Counted from the first letter of the stretch, positions 22,169 to 36,771 are shown. The stretch: DNA of 64,000 nucleotides from Enoplolaimus lenunculus (GCA_030248215.1 JASANG010000957.1:248001-312000); one strand, 5' to 3'. The notes: generated by a model not told the origin, from the letters alone. Numbers and translations are program-made.

Positions 22169-22477
22169 TCATACAGTGGTAACTGATAAAATGCCTAAAT
22201 TCTTTGCTGATTTTGGATCTCGACTGCCGTGGGCGAAATATTCTTCGACCGTAGTATACGTATCGATAAAATCTGCCAATGCGCCACACTGTCTGCCAGG
22301 AGTTCTGCGTTTTGATGCGTTACGCCGTTGGCCAAGCTGAATGATTGCTTGTTGCTCTCGTGCAAGACTGCGCGCAACGCGTATGTGCCGCTGTATTGCT
22401 TCAAAATGCTTTTGGCGTCGTATGCGCGCTTGCTCAAAGTGCAACTTGCGTTCTTCTCGAGTCCAGTAACGGCCAAT
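22169..22477 (-). CDS. Slip1: PDZRN/Slip1-like terminal exon
   Basis: ATTCAG|IGRYWTREERKLHFEQAR...TTVEEYFAHGSRDPKSAKNLGILSVTTV-TGA; ends in a class I PDZ-binding motif (T-x-V). Confidence 0.93.
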   Translation of the reverse strand: MGRYWTREERKLHFEQARIRRQKHFEAIQRHIRVARSLAREQQAIIQLGQRRNASKRRTPGRQCGALADFIDTYTTVEEYFAHGSRDPKSAKNLGILSVTTV

Positions 22478-25000
22478 CTGAATGGATAACACATAGTCTC
22501 CATAAGACGTGAAGTGCCGGAGCATCCTGGGATGGAGGTCCCCAAAATTGCAGTGTCGAGTCCCGTGCGATGATCAAAATATGTTTCGAATTGTGAGTTG
22601 TTCAATTTTGAATACGTATCCAAGGTTGGGTATTGGGGGGTCGCTGCTCCGGCCCGGAAGATGCGAGAACCGCGTCGTACTCAAGCGTCAACCTCCTACA
22701 GCTGAATGAGTAGTACTGCACTGTAAATACCAGTGAGTTGATTTTAACACAGAATGAGTTGAATCACTCAGTCTGATTTAGGACTATCAGAACTCGTAAT
22801 TCTGAGTTGTTTCAATTCATTCTGATTTAAAATTAATCATTTCGACCGGTGTGGCAATTGTCTGCCACCTCTGCATATAAATCATTGCATAAAATTAGGT
22901 TTCTTGTGAAATAATATAGAAAATATTCATGTGAGAAAAGGTTACTTAAACAAGTTCAAATAGTTATCTAAATACTCACCCCTACACCTAAGGGAAGACA
23001 TTAATTTATATGGCGTGGGGAGACTACTGGCATCTTTTACTTGATTTAGGCCAGCTCACATAAGCCAGGGCCGAAACAGTTACTACCCATACCCCCATTT
23101 GGGGGATCACACCCTAAAGAGGAACCCCACCCTGAGAAGGCTTTATACAAAAAATTTAAAAAAGGTTTCGACCACTCAAGCGGCCCCCACCGTAGACTTT
23201 TGACGGGACCGACCCTCGTCTGCCTTGGCACTGGCGTGAACAGCCAATGCTGTACTCAGCGGTATTTGTATGCTTAAACGTAATCTGTCTCTTAGTTACA
23301 AATACGGTTACGCTTAGGTAGCGCATTGCAGACGTGTTTTGGTATCAAAAGCAATGTTCTATGTGCCAAAATTGTTAGCATTTTTCAGAATTCCACCGTC
23401 CACCGTTCTTATTGGCGTATAACCGTTCCAGCGCCGTGTTTTTCCTGCTGAGTGATCGATCTTGGTTGAAGTACGAATTCCCGAATTATAAACAAACACC
23501 GTCAACAGCTAGCGGATACAAACCAAAAACAAACGATAATTCCTCTGTGGGTGGGAAAAATGATGTTGAAACACTGAAAACATCTCTCAAGCGAAGCGAA
23601 CGGGAAACCAACAGCAATTGTAAAGTACTAAATCTTAATACAAAATTTTCGTTTAATCTGAGTCCAGTGAACGTATGCATTCTGGATTGCAATATATTAG
23701 CTTTTGACTGTGACCCAGCGCGAAATCTATAAATATTTCGGCCACCAATGGTCGAAACAGATGTAGAATAGAAATTTTGAAGTAAAAACTTGCGAACAAA
23801 ACGAGCGAGAAGTTAGACGCATTGTTTTGCACTAAATGTATTGAGTGGTGCTTAGAACGCTTTGAAGGAACAACAATTGCCATATAATACAAGACTATAG
23901 GTTGTGTATCCACGGGCGTCAGCAGAAAATTATATTTGGGGGCACGGAATAAATTTGGGAGCCCCGTACAACTGCAATTCAAGATTGTTCATTTTTAGAC
24001 CGAAGCTATTTGGCGTGGCGCCAGCCGAATTTGTGAGGCACGATCCCCGATGCTCCCGTGCACTGCAAATTCCAGTGAGTTGACTTTAACTCAGAATGAG
24101 TTGAATCCACTCAGAAGTCTGAGCTCTGAATTAAGTCTTTCAGAACTCAGAATTCTGAATTCAATTAACAAAGAGTTAATTAATTAACTCGTCCGGACTA
24201 AAACCAACTCAGAGTGAGTTAATGTTTACTGTTTTTAACTCATAAGTAACCAGAAATGACTCTAATTCGCTATCTGAGTTTAATTCATCAACTCATCGGA
24301 ATTTACCGTGTGGAAACGCCGTTGAATGTATCAGTCCTATCACGTGAAGTTGAAATTACCATTTTACAATGGATATAAGCGTTTTTGCAGTACCACTGCA
24401 AATTCAAACCTAAAGCTTCTACTGGTTACACCTCTGATCCTTAATCATTCCACTAACCTTGAGTTCACTTGCAGCGTCATCATCCGTTGTGATCCCACGG
24501 CGATCCGCGGCGATTTTCTGCGCTCGTTCACGTAACAAAAGTTTCCTTTGAATTGGCCGGTGAACGACATATCTTGAACCGTCGGCACGTCGTTTGATCT
24601 GAAACAAGAGATTAACTTCAAGTATACGTCATCATAGCGGGTGGGATTTTGGGGTGGACCCTTAGACTGCTTCATACATTTGACAATACTTACGGGCCAT
24701 TTATATATTAGCTTTGGCAGATTGTAACCGATGCTAATCATATGGGATGTAGCTAATAAAAGCTAATAAATTTTGTATCAAAAGCAGAGTCGAGTTTGGC
24801 ACCCTTCCAATTGTTGTGGTTATTTTCTGGTGGTAAACTTTGGCACGGAAAAAATTTGAGCATATTTTACCTTCCATTGCATATGATAAGCAGGATCGTC
24901 AGCGAAAACTCGAGCAGGAAATGAGCAATTGCCAGTTGCGTATTCAATTTGTCCTTGTGTTTGTTCTTGTTCTTGTTGTTGTTGTTGGTGTTGTTGTTGG

Positions 25001-25034
<34 letters not shown>

Positions 25035-28000
25035 GGTGTTGTTGTTGTTGTTGATGATGATGTTGTTGTTGTTTTTGTTGTTGTTGTTGTTGGGGTTGGT
25101 GTTGTTGTTGTTGTTGTTGGTGGTGTTGTTGGTGTTGTTGTTGAAATTTAAGTTGAGCTTTTGCTTCACGTAACATAGCATCGCGTAGCATTCGTTGCTC
25201 TAGAGCAATTAATCTTTGGTTCGGTTGACAATTTTCCACATTTTCTCGTTGGGCTAAAGGCAACTCGGTGATACGAGTGATACCTGTCGGGGATATATGT
25301 TCCGGCGTGCCGGGCGCCGGAGAAGGCACGTCACGATACGAATAGCACCATAGATCGTCGGCGATTTGTTGCGATACTTGGGACTTGCAACGAGTAGGCC
25401 GTGGTGAGCATTTCCTTGGACGGCAGTTCGAGTACAAACTTGGATTTGATGGTGGACGGTGTCGTTTTAGTTGCGGATGTGGATGATTTTGAGAATTCAG
25501 CTGAAACCGGAAAAGCTTAGGCGTTTCCGTGATAATTTTTTCTAACGATTTACTACAATTATCGCTACCGTTTTGAAGAGCATAGGTTGAACTTGAATGT
25601 GGCTTCAACTTCGTCGTATTCCCAGTAGGTTTACTGTTGTCATCTGGATTATGAGTCCAAAATCTTGACAGATGACTTTTAACGCTAGTTTCAGCCGCTG
25701 GATGTAACGGAAGACCGGTGGGAGTATTATGGTTGAGTTGAATGGAACCCCTTTGGCCAGGCAGACACGGATTGAAATGACACAAACAGCTACTATCACC
25801 AGCAGTATGATAGGCACTTGAAGTTGATGCAGACGATGTCGGACTCCTACATTGTTGTGATGTGTTTCCAGGTGAAATATGATTGGTTGTTGAGGTGCCG
25901 ACGGTCGACATTTCATTGGATAATTTGGAAACATTTTGCGATGTTGCATTTTGATTTGTTGACGCAACTGTGTTACTGTGACTTCTGTCCAAATTTGACT
26001 GATTATTAATGACTGTGGAACAGTGATTGTGGCAAATTTTTGATGTTTTAGCTGTTGTTTTCATTGTTGCTGCTGCTGCTGTTGTTGTTGTTGTTGTTCT
26101 TGTTGTTGTTGTTGTTGTTGTTGTTCTTGTTGTTGTTGTTGTATTGCAATTGCTCGAGCCTTCGTTTACTAAATAGTTTTTGTTTTGAGCGCTTTTTTTA
26201 GTTTGCGATCTTGATCTGTAACCTGAAACATTTAGTAAATTTGAAGTTACGTTCAACGTTGGATTCAAAGCATTTGGAAAGCGGTATTGAGTTGACAGTT
26301 CAGTTTTGGCTGAAGAAGAAGTTGCGGGGTTGAATGATAAACCAGGAAGCCACTGTATTGCGAGCTTGTTTGCTTTCTCCTGCCCATCAACAAGCGACAT
26401 TACTGCATTCGATTGGTTAAAATTTTGAAAACTATTACAGCCATCTGTCGAGTTCTGATTCGCTGATGTCTGTCGACCCTTTAAATGTGGTTTTGGTGTC
26501 TTTTGATTGGAGCGTTGATTTTGGCACTGATGTTGAGCAACACCTGGCGAACACGAAACGAACCAATCAGGCGGTATGCCTATATAAGACTCCGCCCGAC
26601 GACGTCGTGTTGTATTTTGCTGAGCATCAGGACTCAATTGTGATTGGCTGAGTTGTCGTAATAGTTGATTTTCGTAAGATTCATCTTGATCAACACAGTT
26701 AACGTAGGCAAAATGTCGCGTGACACTCGATATTAATGCTTGCGCACGTGCGCGAATAAATTGTTGATACGCCGAATACTGCGTTGACTCTAAGTGCAAA
26801 TCATCGTTCAAACGAATACTGTCTGATGTTGCTTTTTGAACTTTGACTGCATCCGGTGGAAATGGTCGAAAATGATTATTATAGCAAACGTCACTTTCTG
26901 ATTCTGATCGCATAAGCCATTTTTCGTCTAAAAATCTAATAATTAAACTGTTTTGAAAATTTTTGCAATTTTTTTGAGGTAAAACAGTGATAAAATATCT
27001 CAAAAACGGTTTTGCAATTTGTTCTGGAACCCTCAGCATATGAAACACAAGAATATGAGAAATTACGGGTGGCACAATACTTGTAGTGCGGCGCCATCTG
27101 GTGGCGTCCCACGTACGATTCTGTATGGTGACGTCACCGGACGCAATAAGTATAATGCCACCCTAAGTCACTATGCAATGATCCAAACGCCTGAATCATT
27201 ATTTCTGTGAGTTTAAGCTTTTTAGACTACGTTAAAGCTAAAATTAATTAAGAAATATTTACATATCAGCCGTTAAACTGGATTAGCAAGCGTTTTTGTA
27301 ATGAAATCTTTTAGCTATAAGCCTAACAAACAAAAATTAGCCTAAACAATTTTACACAATACACTCTGTAAATTTCGGTGAGTTGATTTTAATTCAGAAT
27401 GAGTTGAATCACTCTCAGTCTGAGTTAGGACTATCAGAACTCAAAATTTTGAGTTGTTTCAATTCATTCTGATATAATTGACCAACTCACCCAGAGTCAA
27501 CTCAACTCGAAGTGAAAATCAACTCAACACAGAGTGAGTTAATGTTTACTGATACTAATTAAAAAATAACCAACTCGCTAGATGAATTGATCAATTAACT
27601 CATTGAAATCTACAGTGAAGGCGATGTACTTAATGAGATTTCGCGTATTACAAACCAGCTAATATCAGTTACTTATAATGGTGGTGAAATGGTTCGGTTG
27701 GGTGGGGCCGACATTTCGCCTCTATCCGAGCCTACATTTATTGATGAACACAAACAAACAATAACACATTAGTGCTATTCATACTATGGCCCATGTAAAG
27801 ATCAGGGGCGGAACGTTATTCTCTCAGACTAGAAAAGACTAAGCTTAAGCGTTAGACTATTTTATTTGCTTGGCTTAGACTTAGGCTTATAAATATCCTC
27901 ATTCTTACGCTTTAGGCTTAAGCTTAGGCTTTGGCTTACGAATATGTTTCCTAATACTGTTCCGCCCCTGTTCTTTACATTGATCCAAACCATGAGGGGC

Positions 28001-31000
28001 GTAACCAGAAAATTTAGTCACAGACCACATTTTGCGTAAATATTTTCTGTTAGACAGAGATACAACGTCATTGGTTGAATATTAACAATTTGCCAAATAA
28101 AAGTCAGTATGACAGTTGTGTTTGGGGTCCGGCGATCGTAGATCTAAACTTCTGGATTACGCCACTGAGACTCGCATTAAGCACTATTTTACTAGTACAT
28201 ATCTATTGGCTTACCAGGATCTACTTCCAAGTCCATTGCCCTGCCGTGCAAAGGGGTGTAATTTGAGTGCTTGAAGCCGTCTGGAAGTACAATTCCGTCG
28301 GACATTCGACGGCGGTGATGTCTGCTAGCAACCGGTGCTAGTCTACACGCATCCGGGTCAGACTCGTCACCAGTTGCTCGCGATATCCCAGAGTCACGTT
28401 CGTGGGCAGTTGACGGTGAATAAGTGTTCATCGTTCCGCTGCGTACACGAGCTGTCTCTGGGAATGTCTGCGGGGACATCTGTCTTTCAGTCGGAAGACG
28501 CGCCTGAAAAATAATTGGTCAGAAGCTGAAAATACTCAAATGAAACTCAGATCTGGTACGTAAATAATGATTAAAACTAACTGTGGATCCGAGTGGGATT
28601 TGAGCCGCGGGCATCCGCTGGTAAACGCGACCGCACTAATCCTTAAAACATACGCTATTTACTAGTCAGCGGAGCGTTGAAGAAGCAAAAGTTCTATGCT
28701 TTATTTAGTTGAATTTCAAATTTCGTTGTTTCTAGTAAGGTTGTATACGCAAAATTCATTGAAACTATAACGCAAAACTTCATTAAAGTGTAAATCACCA
28801 GCGATCTTTAAAATACTAAACTTCAGGCGCGGATAAAAGGTGGGTCGTGGGTAGAAAATTTGCCGCGCATAAAACCCAGCAGGTAAACAAATTTTTATTT
28901 GCCTGGGTAAAGCGGCGGTCAGGTGAAAAAATGATAACCCACATCCCACTTTGTTGTGGATATAAAATTTTCCATTCGCTAAACAATTCGGACCAAGTTA
29001 CTATTTAACTTGGGACTGCCGCATACTGACAGATATTTGAGACCCGTGGAGGTATGGGCCAATGTAAAGAACAGGGACGGAACAGAAATATAAGCTTATT
29101 TCTAAGCCTAAGCTTAAGTCTAAGTGTAAGCCAAGCAAAAAACAGTCTAAAGCTTAAGCGTATTCCATTCTAGTCAAACAAAAAACGTTCCGCCCCTGAT
29201 CTTTACATGAGCCGAGGTATGCAAGGATGAACGGGGGGCGTAGAACCTTTTCCCCCAAATATGACCACGGTGTTGAAATTTTTGACTTATATGACCTGAA
29301 CCTGCTTAAATTGCACAAAATTCAAATTATACACCTGTGAGTTGCTGGAAACAAAATCGCTTGTAGAGACATAGCTAAGTAATCCGCGGAAAATCTACCA
29401 CTTTCTAAATAAAGACAAAAAATTTCCCGACATATTTTACATTTTAATATAAAACCCTATTCAGACGTGCAAGTTTTTGCTGCGAGAACATGCAGCTGCA
29501 AATTGAACGCAGCACTTGAATTTTCCATCAACCAATGAGAAAGCGGCTGCAATAAATTCAGTGAACTTGCATGGTTATTCACACATGTGAACTACATTTC
29601 GGCTAATTATAATAAAATACACATATTTACAATGCGGCTCTTATACACTTTCCTCACATTTAATATTAAGGCGTAGGCCTAACTTTTGCGATTACGCTTG
29701 GACTCAGCAAAGCCTTAAGCAAAGGTTTTGGCCCTTAAGCTACAGATTTAGGTAAAAGTCTTTTCTGAAACCACGGCTTAAGACCAAACCTGAGCCTTTG
29801 CAAAAGCCTGTGGGGAAAAAGTGCACCAAAGCCGACAACGCTAATACTTGCCGAGTTTTGCAACTGAGGGGTGACACTTTCACGTCCTTCGCTCAATTCT
29901 TCAATAGGACTAATACCTTTGTCACCTGATGTGTCCTGAAATATAAAACTTGCAGAAATATTTGATTGGGGCAGTAACGTTTATGCAGATTGCATTTATT
30001 ACCCAAATGGCTCATGTTACATTTAGGACTGTCCCGTTTTCTTAGACAACTGCAAAAAATAGTCTAAAATCTGATCTTACTCTAGTAGGATCAGATTTTA
30101 GACTATTTTTTGCACTAGACTTAAGCTTTAGTCTCATGGTAGGCATAGTAATTACAGTTATTTTCAAGCTTATGTTTATTGTTAGATTAAGGAAGATGTG
30201 CGTAGATAGAATTATGCAAAGCCGAGTTACGTTCTATAAAAATTTTGAACTTGAAAATTCTTGTGTTACATACTGAAAAAGTATCTAAAAAACTGTTTTA
30301 AAAAATGTCCGAAAAGGATGTGCCTCCAAGCGCCCCTCTTGCAACACGTCCTTGAATCGAGATTAATAGTTATAGCTTAGGATTTGTCTTAGGCTCAAAT
30401 TTTTGAAAAGGCTGAAGCGTAGACCTAAGAATAAACCTTTGGTTAAGCTGTTATCTAAAACCTAGGCCCGTATTCTCAGATGCATATAGCACCTATCACC
30501 AGTTAGTAATAGCGTTTCAAACTAACCAACTGCTACAATTGCGGATCTCAACATTTGCATAGCAGTGCAGTAAATCGAATACAATAAATGTGCTTAATTT
30601 CAAACATCACCGTTTATTGATTTCAAAGTTACAAAACCTATCACCAACTGGTAATAGGTGCTACACATATATGAGAATACGGGCTCTAAGTCTAAGCCTG
30701 AGCCTTAAGCATAAGCCTTATCCTTGGATGTGTGGAGAAAGTGTACAGGAGCGTGGTTAGTTTATCCGCGAGACACTGTCCAAACCTGATCAACGCAGGA
30801 TTCTCTTGCTAGCAACAAGCTAACTCGCGGTTGAGCAGTGGCTTTGAGCAGTTCTATTGCTTGTGATCGTGTATGCACGTCCACTCCGTTAATCTAAAAA
30901 TAAACAAAAAATGGTTACAAATTAAAATTTTCAATTGGTTAAGTGACCTCACACTCCGTTAATCTAAAAATAAGAAAAAAATGGTCAGAAATTAACATTT

Positions 31001-34000
31001 TCAATTGGTTAAGTGACCTCACACTCCGTTAATCTAAAAATAAGAAAAAAATGGTCAGAAATTAACATTTTCAATTGGTTAAGTGACCTCACACTCCGTT
31101 AATCTAAAAATAAGAAAAAAATGGTCAGAAATTAACATTTTCAATTGGTTAAGTGACCTCAAACTCCGTTAATCTAAAAATAAGAAAAAAATGGTCAGAA
31201 ATTAACATTTTCAATTGGTTAAAAGTGACCGGAGTATCAGGTTGTCAGAATTTTTTTGTTTGCCCCAAACGCACACCTAATTAATATATCGGTATTTTCG
31301 TATGATTTTAGCAAATTATTAACATTGTTTCAGACTGTGATCTAGAATCTAAAACTACTCTTTTATAGAGCCACCACAAACCTGAACGTCCGTTAAAGTA
31401 ACTTGGGCTGGAGCTTTGTAACAACAATTTTAGTTATTTGTACACAATGATATTGTGGAAATTGAATTTACCTGTAAAATTTGATCGCCTGTTAGGATTC
31501 TGCCATTTTTTTCAGCGATACTTTGTGATTCTACCTGAAAATAATAAAAAATACTTTACAAAATTTACATTTAAAATGACATTACAAACTAATTGATTGG
31601 GCGACCGAAGATGAATGCTGAGGCCGATACTAAATTCAATTTTTAAACTTTATATGGACGTAGTCCAGGAATTTGGATTTGGATGGCAGGGACAGTTGAA
31701 CAGTGGTCAACTGTGGACGTTTCAGTGAGAGTCCGAGGTTGGTCGATCCTTCAAATCCCTCAAACTTGTACCGAGGCCAATCTTTCGGGTTTCAAGTTTT
31801 TTAAGGTCATCTATATTTTTGCTCACCAAACGAGTTGATTATGCCGAATTGACCGCAACTGAAACAGACCAGCAAATGAAACCGAACAAACGAAACAAAC
31901 GACCGATCAGACGCAGTAATAAATTCTACATCGAATTTTCAGTATTAGTTTTCAACGCAACCAAAAATATTTTAGAAACTTTTTCGTACTCATTACGGAG
32001 CCTCGCCCCTTTTAATTGTCCCTTTGACTACGCTCCAACAGGAACAAGTACAAATGAATATTAGCATATTCTTAAGCCTAAGCTAAAGCAAAATAATTAC
32101 TCTAAAGGTTAAGCTTACTCTATTCTAGATCCACAGCAAAACGTTCCGCATTTGATCTTTACATGGGCAAAGAAAATTCAAATTTGATTTTGGGAGTTTG
32201 GTAAATGTTTCGATGCTTTAAAAGATTGCATGGAGACAACGCATTCTAACGTTGATCCTGACTGCTGTCTCGCCCTCCTGTTACAGGTACGTTGTATACA
32301 TTTAATAATTTCAGGTGACGGATAAGTCAACTTACGTCACTAATAAATATATCGGTATCGTCATTATCAGGTGACGTATTAGTCAACTTACGTCACTAAT
32401 AAATATATCAGTATCGTCATTTTCAGGTGACGTATAGCATAGCGTAAGTCCTAACCGGTTCGAAGTATCTGATCGCTCTAAGATTACTTCCTAAAATAAT
32501 TAGACAGTCGTAAATAAATTAATTCATATTTTACCTATGAGGCTATAGTTTATGTGTTCCGAAATTCTCGCCAAAAAATATATATTCTTTGGAACCATCG
32601 CATGCTGAGGTTTAAAATTAAGCACATTGTTTGCGTTTGATTTGTTCTGCTGCTGTACCAATTTTGAGATCAACAATTGCATATGTTCGTCAGTTTGAAA
32701 ACCTATCGCTAACTGATGATAGACGCTGTACACATTTGAAAATATGTGTCTGTGTGAAATAGAAAATATTCATGTGAGAAAGGAGTTAATGACTATAATG
32801 TTTACGTAAAAGTTCTTCGTGTGCAGAGTAAGCACACAAGCCATACCTCATACTGAAAACAACTTTGGTTGATACGATCCCAAGACGGTGCGACGCCGTT
32901 CGGTTGCTTTTTAATGATCGATATTTGTGAAATATCAACTTCACCATGTTTATTCTCTTGATCACTTTCATCGATAAATGTTAATCCGCGTATTGCGTCC
33001 AATAATGCTTCGGTACTCATATCTTGACGATTAACGGGTTGTTTTGATTCTAATTTTGTTCTACAAAAAGCCATTAAGTCACATATTAAATCCACATCAG
33101 TTATATGCTATAAGAAGCAGTACACACAAAAAAGTAGCTTTGAATTTATTCAGAAAAGTATTTTCTGTGGCAAATCTCAAAAGTTTTTCTGGTGTTTAAG
33201 ACGATTTGTCTAAAAATAACTGGAAAACGCTTATTTTCAGACTTTATTTCAAAGCTTTTTTTGCAAACTTTTCTGTTATAACAGAAATAGTTTTCAAGTG
33301 CACCTTGCTAATTATATTTCTTGAATGTAAGAAATTTTTTCTTTAATAGAAATATTATTTTGAGTGTATAGTCAACTAAGGGTACGGACTTGTAGCCAGA
33401 TTGAAGCCACGGAGGGTTCAGTCCCTTTTGAAAAATTTTGCCACTCACCACTTTGAAATATCAACCTCGCTTGTAAGTCACTTAAAACCAGGGGTGTAGT
33501 CACGGGGGTGTAGGTTGCCATGGCTGCCCAACGGTTTTGGAAAAATTTCATTTTTGAATAAATTGAAACTATGATGTGTTGTGCGTTTTATTCCAACGAC
33601 TTCAGTCCTTGTAACCAAGCAGCTGGAAAAGCGGCTTACGGGTGGTTTCAAATTAGCGACTTCCGAGGCAAGCGGTTTGCCATTGCGCCACGTAGCCCGC
33701 ATCTCCCACTACCTTTTTCGTCGGCTATGTGTTGCATTGCATATATTGCATATGCACTAGGACAAGCATCTCACATGCTTACAACCCATTCAAATGCAAA
33801 TTGAAAATGTTTACTTTTAGACCGAGTCTATTTGGGGTGGCATCAGCCAATCATTTTTTGTTGAAATTTGCTAAATTTAAAAGCGTCAATCGAAATGTGC
33901 TATTTTTTTTGCTTTATCATATTTTTACCGATATCGGTACATCAGTCCGGCTTATAATCTTACAGGGGGCAATACAAGTCGAGTAATATTTGATACAGGA

Positions 34001-36725
34001 TTCGTTAAACGTTCAGACGGTAACAGGTACATATACAAAGGTTTATTATAATCTGGTGATTTACAACCCCCCAAAACAAAGTTGCCCATGTATAGAACAG
34101 GGCCGGAACAGTAGTATAAGCAAATTCCTAAGCCTAAGCCTATGCTTAAGCCTAAGCATTACAAAAATGTGTTCCTAAGCCTAAGCCTAAAGACTAAGCA
34201 GAAAAATTAGTCTAAAGCTTAAACTGACTCTATTATAGCCCCTCCGGAAAACGATCCGGCCATGTTCTATATACATGGGCCAACGAAGGTATACCATCTC
34301 AAAATGCAATCCTGGCAATGCTGTTGTGTCAGCAGGTTTTATAGAGAGGAACGAGGACATTAAAGGTTGCGCTATAGTCGCCGCGTGCCGTCAGATGCCG
34401 GCGCGTGCCGCCGCGCGCCGTCAGATGCCGCCGGCGCGTGCCGCCGCGCGCCGTCAGATGCCGGCGCGTGCCGCCGCGCGCCGTCAGATGCCGCCGGCGC
34501 GTGCCGCCGCGCGCCGTCAGATGCCGGCGCGTGCCGCCGCGCGCCGTCAGATGCCGCCGGCGCGTGCCGCCGCGCGCCGTCAGATGCCGGCGCGTGCCGC
34601 CGCACGCCGACGCGTTGCACGGTAGAAATTTTGCAGCAAACTTTTTATTAAAAATTACCGCGCCCGCCACCGTGCGGCGGCGTCGGGCGTGGATGTCCTG
34701 CTCAATTAAAAAGTATAGCGCAACCCTAAGAGTTGCGCTATACTTTACTGCGTTGTACGCCGCTGGGCGCCGCTATTAACATTTATTTGGTGGAATTGTA
34801 AAAAAAATAATGCCGAGAGCCGTCGTGCGGCGACAGACGGCGACTTATAAACTCTTTCCATTCATAAATTCAAGTTAATAACATAGCTAATATATATATA
34901 AACGTATGAAAATAAACACAATTATGCTATTTCGAACGAAATCGAACAGGGAATTCGTTTCCACTTGGGGTCACACAGAAATATGTAACTTTATTACTGT
35001 AGCAAACCAGTGCACAGTTGAATAATACAGAATTAGCGAGGGGATACGGGAGCTAATTATACCCATCTTAGAATTGAAATAATAATCTGACGGACACAAA
35101 TACAAATTTCGTTGCGCTGTATCACAAAAATCTGTTCTTGTTCAAGCTTATAATATCCTTCAATCAACGCTATGCCACAATGGGAAAAATTTGTCAAATT
35201 TAGACTTACAAGCTAAACTTTGCGCAGTTGTAAGCCAATTAGCAAAAACAAATTTATTCAGCACTCGATGATTTCGTACTAATCGCCGTAATGTGTATTA
35301 ATGTAGCGATAAAATTTTATAAACATTTCTGCTAAATTTAGGCCTCATTAAGAACGAAATACTAAAATGAACGCTGTATGAGAGGTTCGGCCCGTGTATG
35401 GAACACGGCCGGAACAGTGGTGTAAGCATATTCCTAAGCTTAAAAGCCTAAGCCTAAAGCCTAAGCGTAAGAATGAGCATATTGCTAAGCCTAAGCCTAA
35501 TCAAAAAGTTAGTCTAAAGCTTAACTTGCCACTATTAAAGCCCTGCAAGAAAACGTTCCGGCCCTGTTCTATACATAGGCCAGATGTTCTATGTCCAAAC
35601 CAAAGTAATAGGGGACCTTGAAGAGATACGTACTCCCAAGTTTGGCAGAACCTTAAACCAAAAAAGGTTTTGGCATACGGTTACAGAAGTGTTTACTACT
35701 CAAATTACGTCACTTTGATAATTATTTAACCCTTTCCTTCACAGAGTACACTACGCACAAAAAGACGGAGACTCGACTCATACAAGAGCGGCCCCACAAG
35801 GCACATTTTGGGGCCTTGCCGTCCTAAACTTGGCTCGCTCTCCGAAATAGACTCGGTCTAAAAGTAAACAATCCTGAATTGCAATTGTAAGGACGTCCAA
35901 AAGTATTCAGTTCCCAGCAAATATAATTTGCTGCGGAAGCTACTTTGGCTATCTTGAAAATAGATGCCTGATGGAAGGTAGATAAAGAAAAAGAAAAAAA
36001 AACAAGCGCATATTCCTTTTGATGTAACGGTTGCTAAGATCTATTTCAAATTAGTAGATTCAAAAGTTTTTAAAAATGGCCAGTGTAAAGAACAAGGGCG
36101 GAACAGTATTATAAGTTTATTCCTAAGCCTAAGCGTACTTTAGCCTAAGACAAGCAAAAAATTAGTCTTAAGCTAATTAGCTTACTCTATTGCAGTCCCA
36201 CAGAAAACGTTCCGCCCCTGATCTTTACATGGACCTTAAAATTTGGGGCCAGCAAGAAGCCGAACACCATTTTAGTGTTAAACCTTAAGACAAAATTTTG
36301 GTTTTGATTTATGTTGACGGTCTAAGCAAGGGTTCCACCTTCTTGGATCCGCCAGTACCCTGTGAATTTCAGTGAGTTGAATAAACAACTGAAAGAACGA
36401 ATCTAGGCTGAGTTACTTCCGCGTAATTGATTAGCTAACTAAGAATGAGTTCAATCAAATCAGAATTTAGAGTTCTGAAATACCTTACTCAGACTCAGTC
36501 TGAGATCAGTTCAGTGAAATTACAGTTTGAATATACATTTTAAATTTAAGCAAATATGTAACAAATCTCAATTTTTAAAGTTCGATAATAATTACAATTT
36601 GTGTCAAAATTTTTACAACTATGGCCAAATATAACACAAAACGCCGAAGATTTTTATGGTTCGATACCAATCTTTAAAACTCAAAAAACGATGGTTGTTA
36701 ATTTTGGCGTCAGGTGTGACATAAA

Positions 36726-36771
<46 letters not shown>

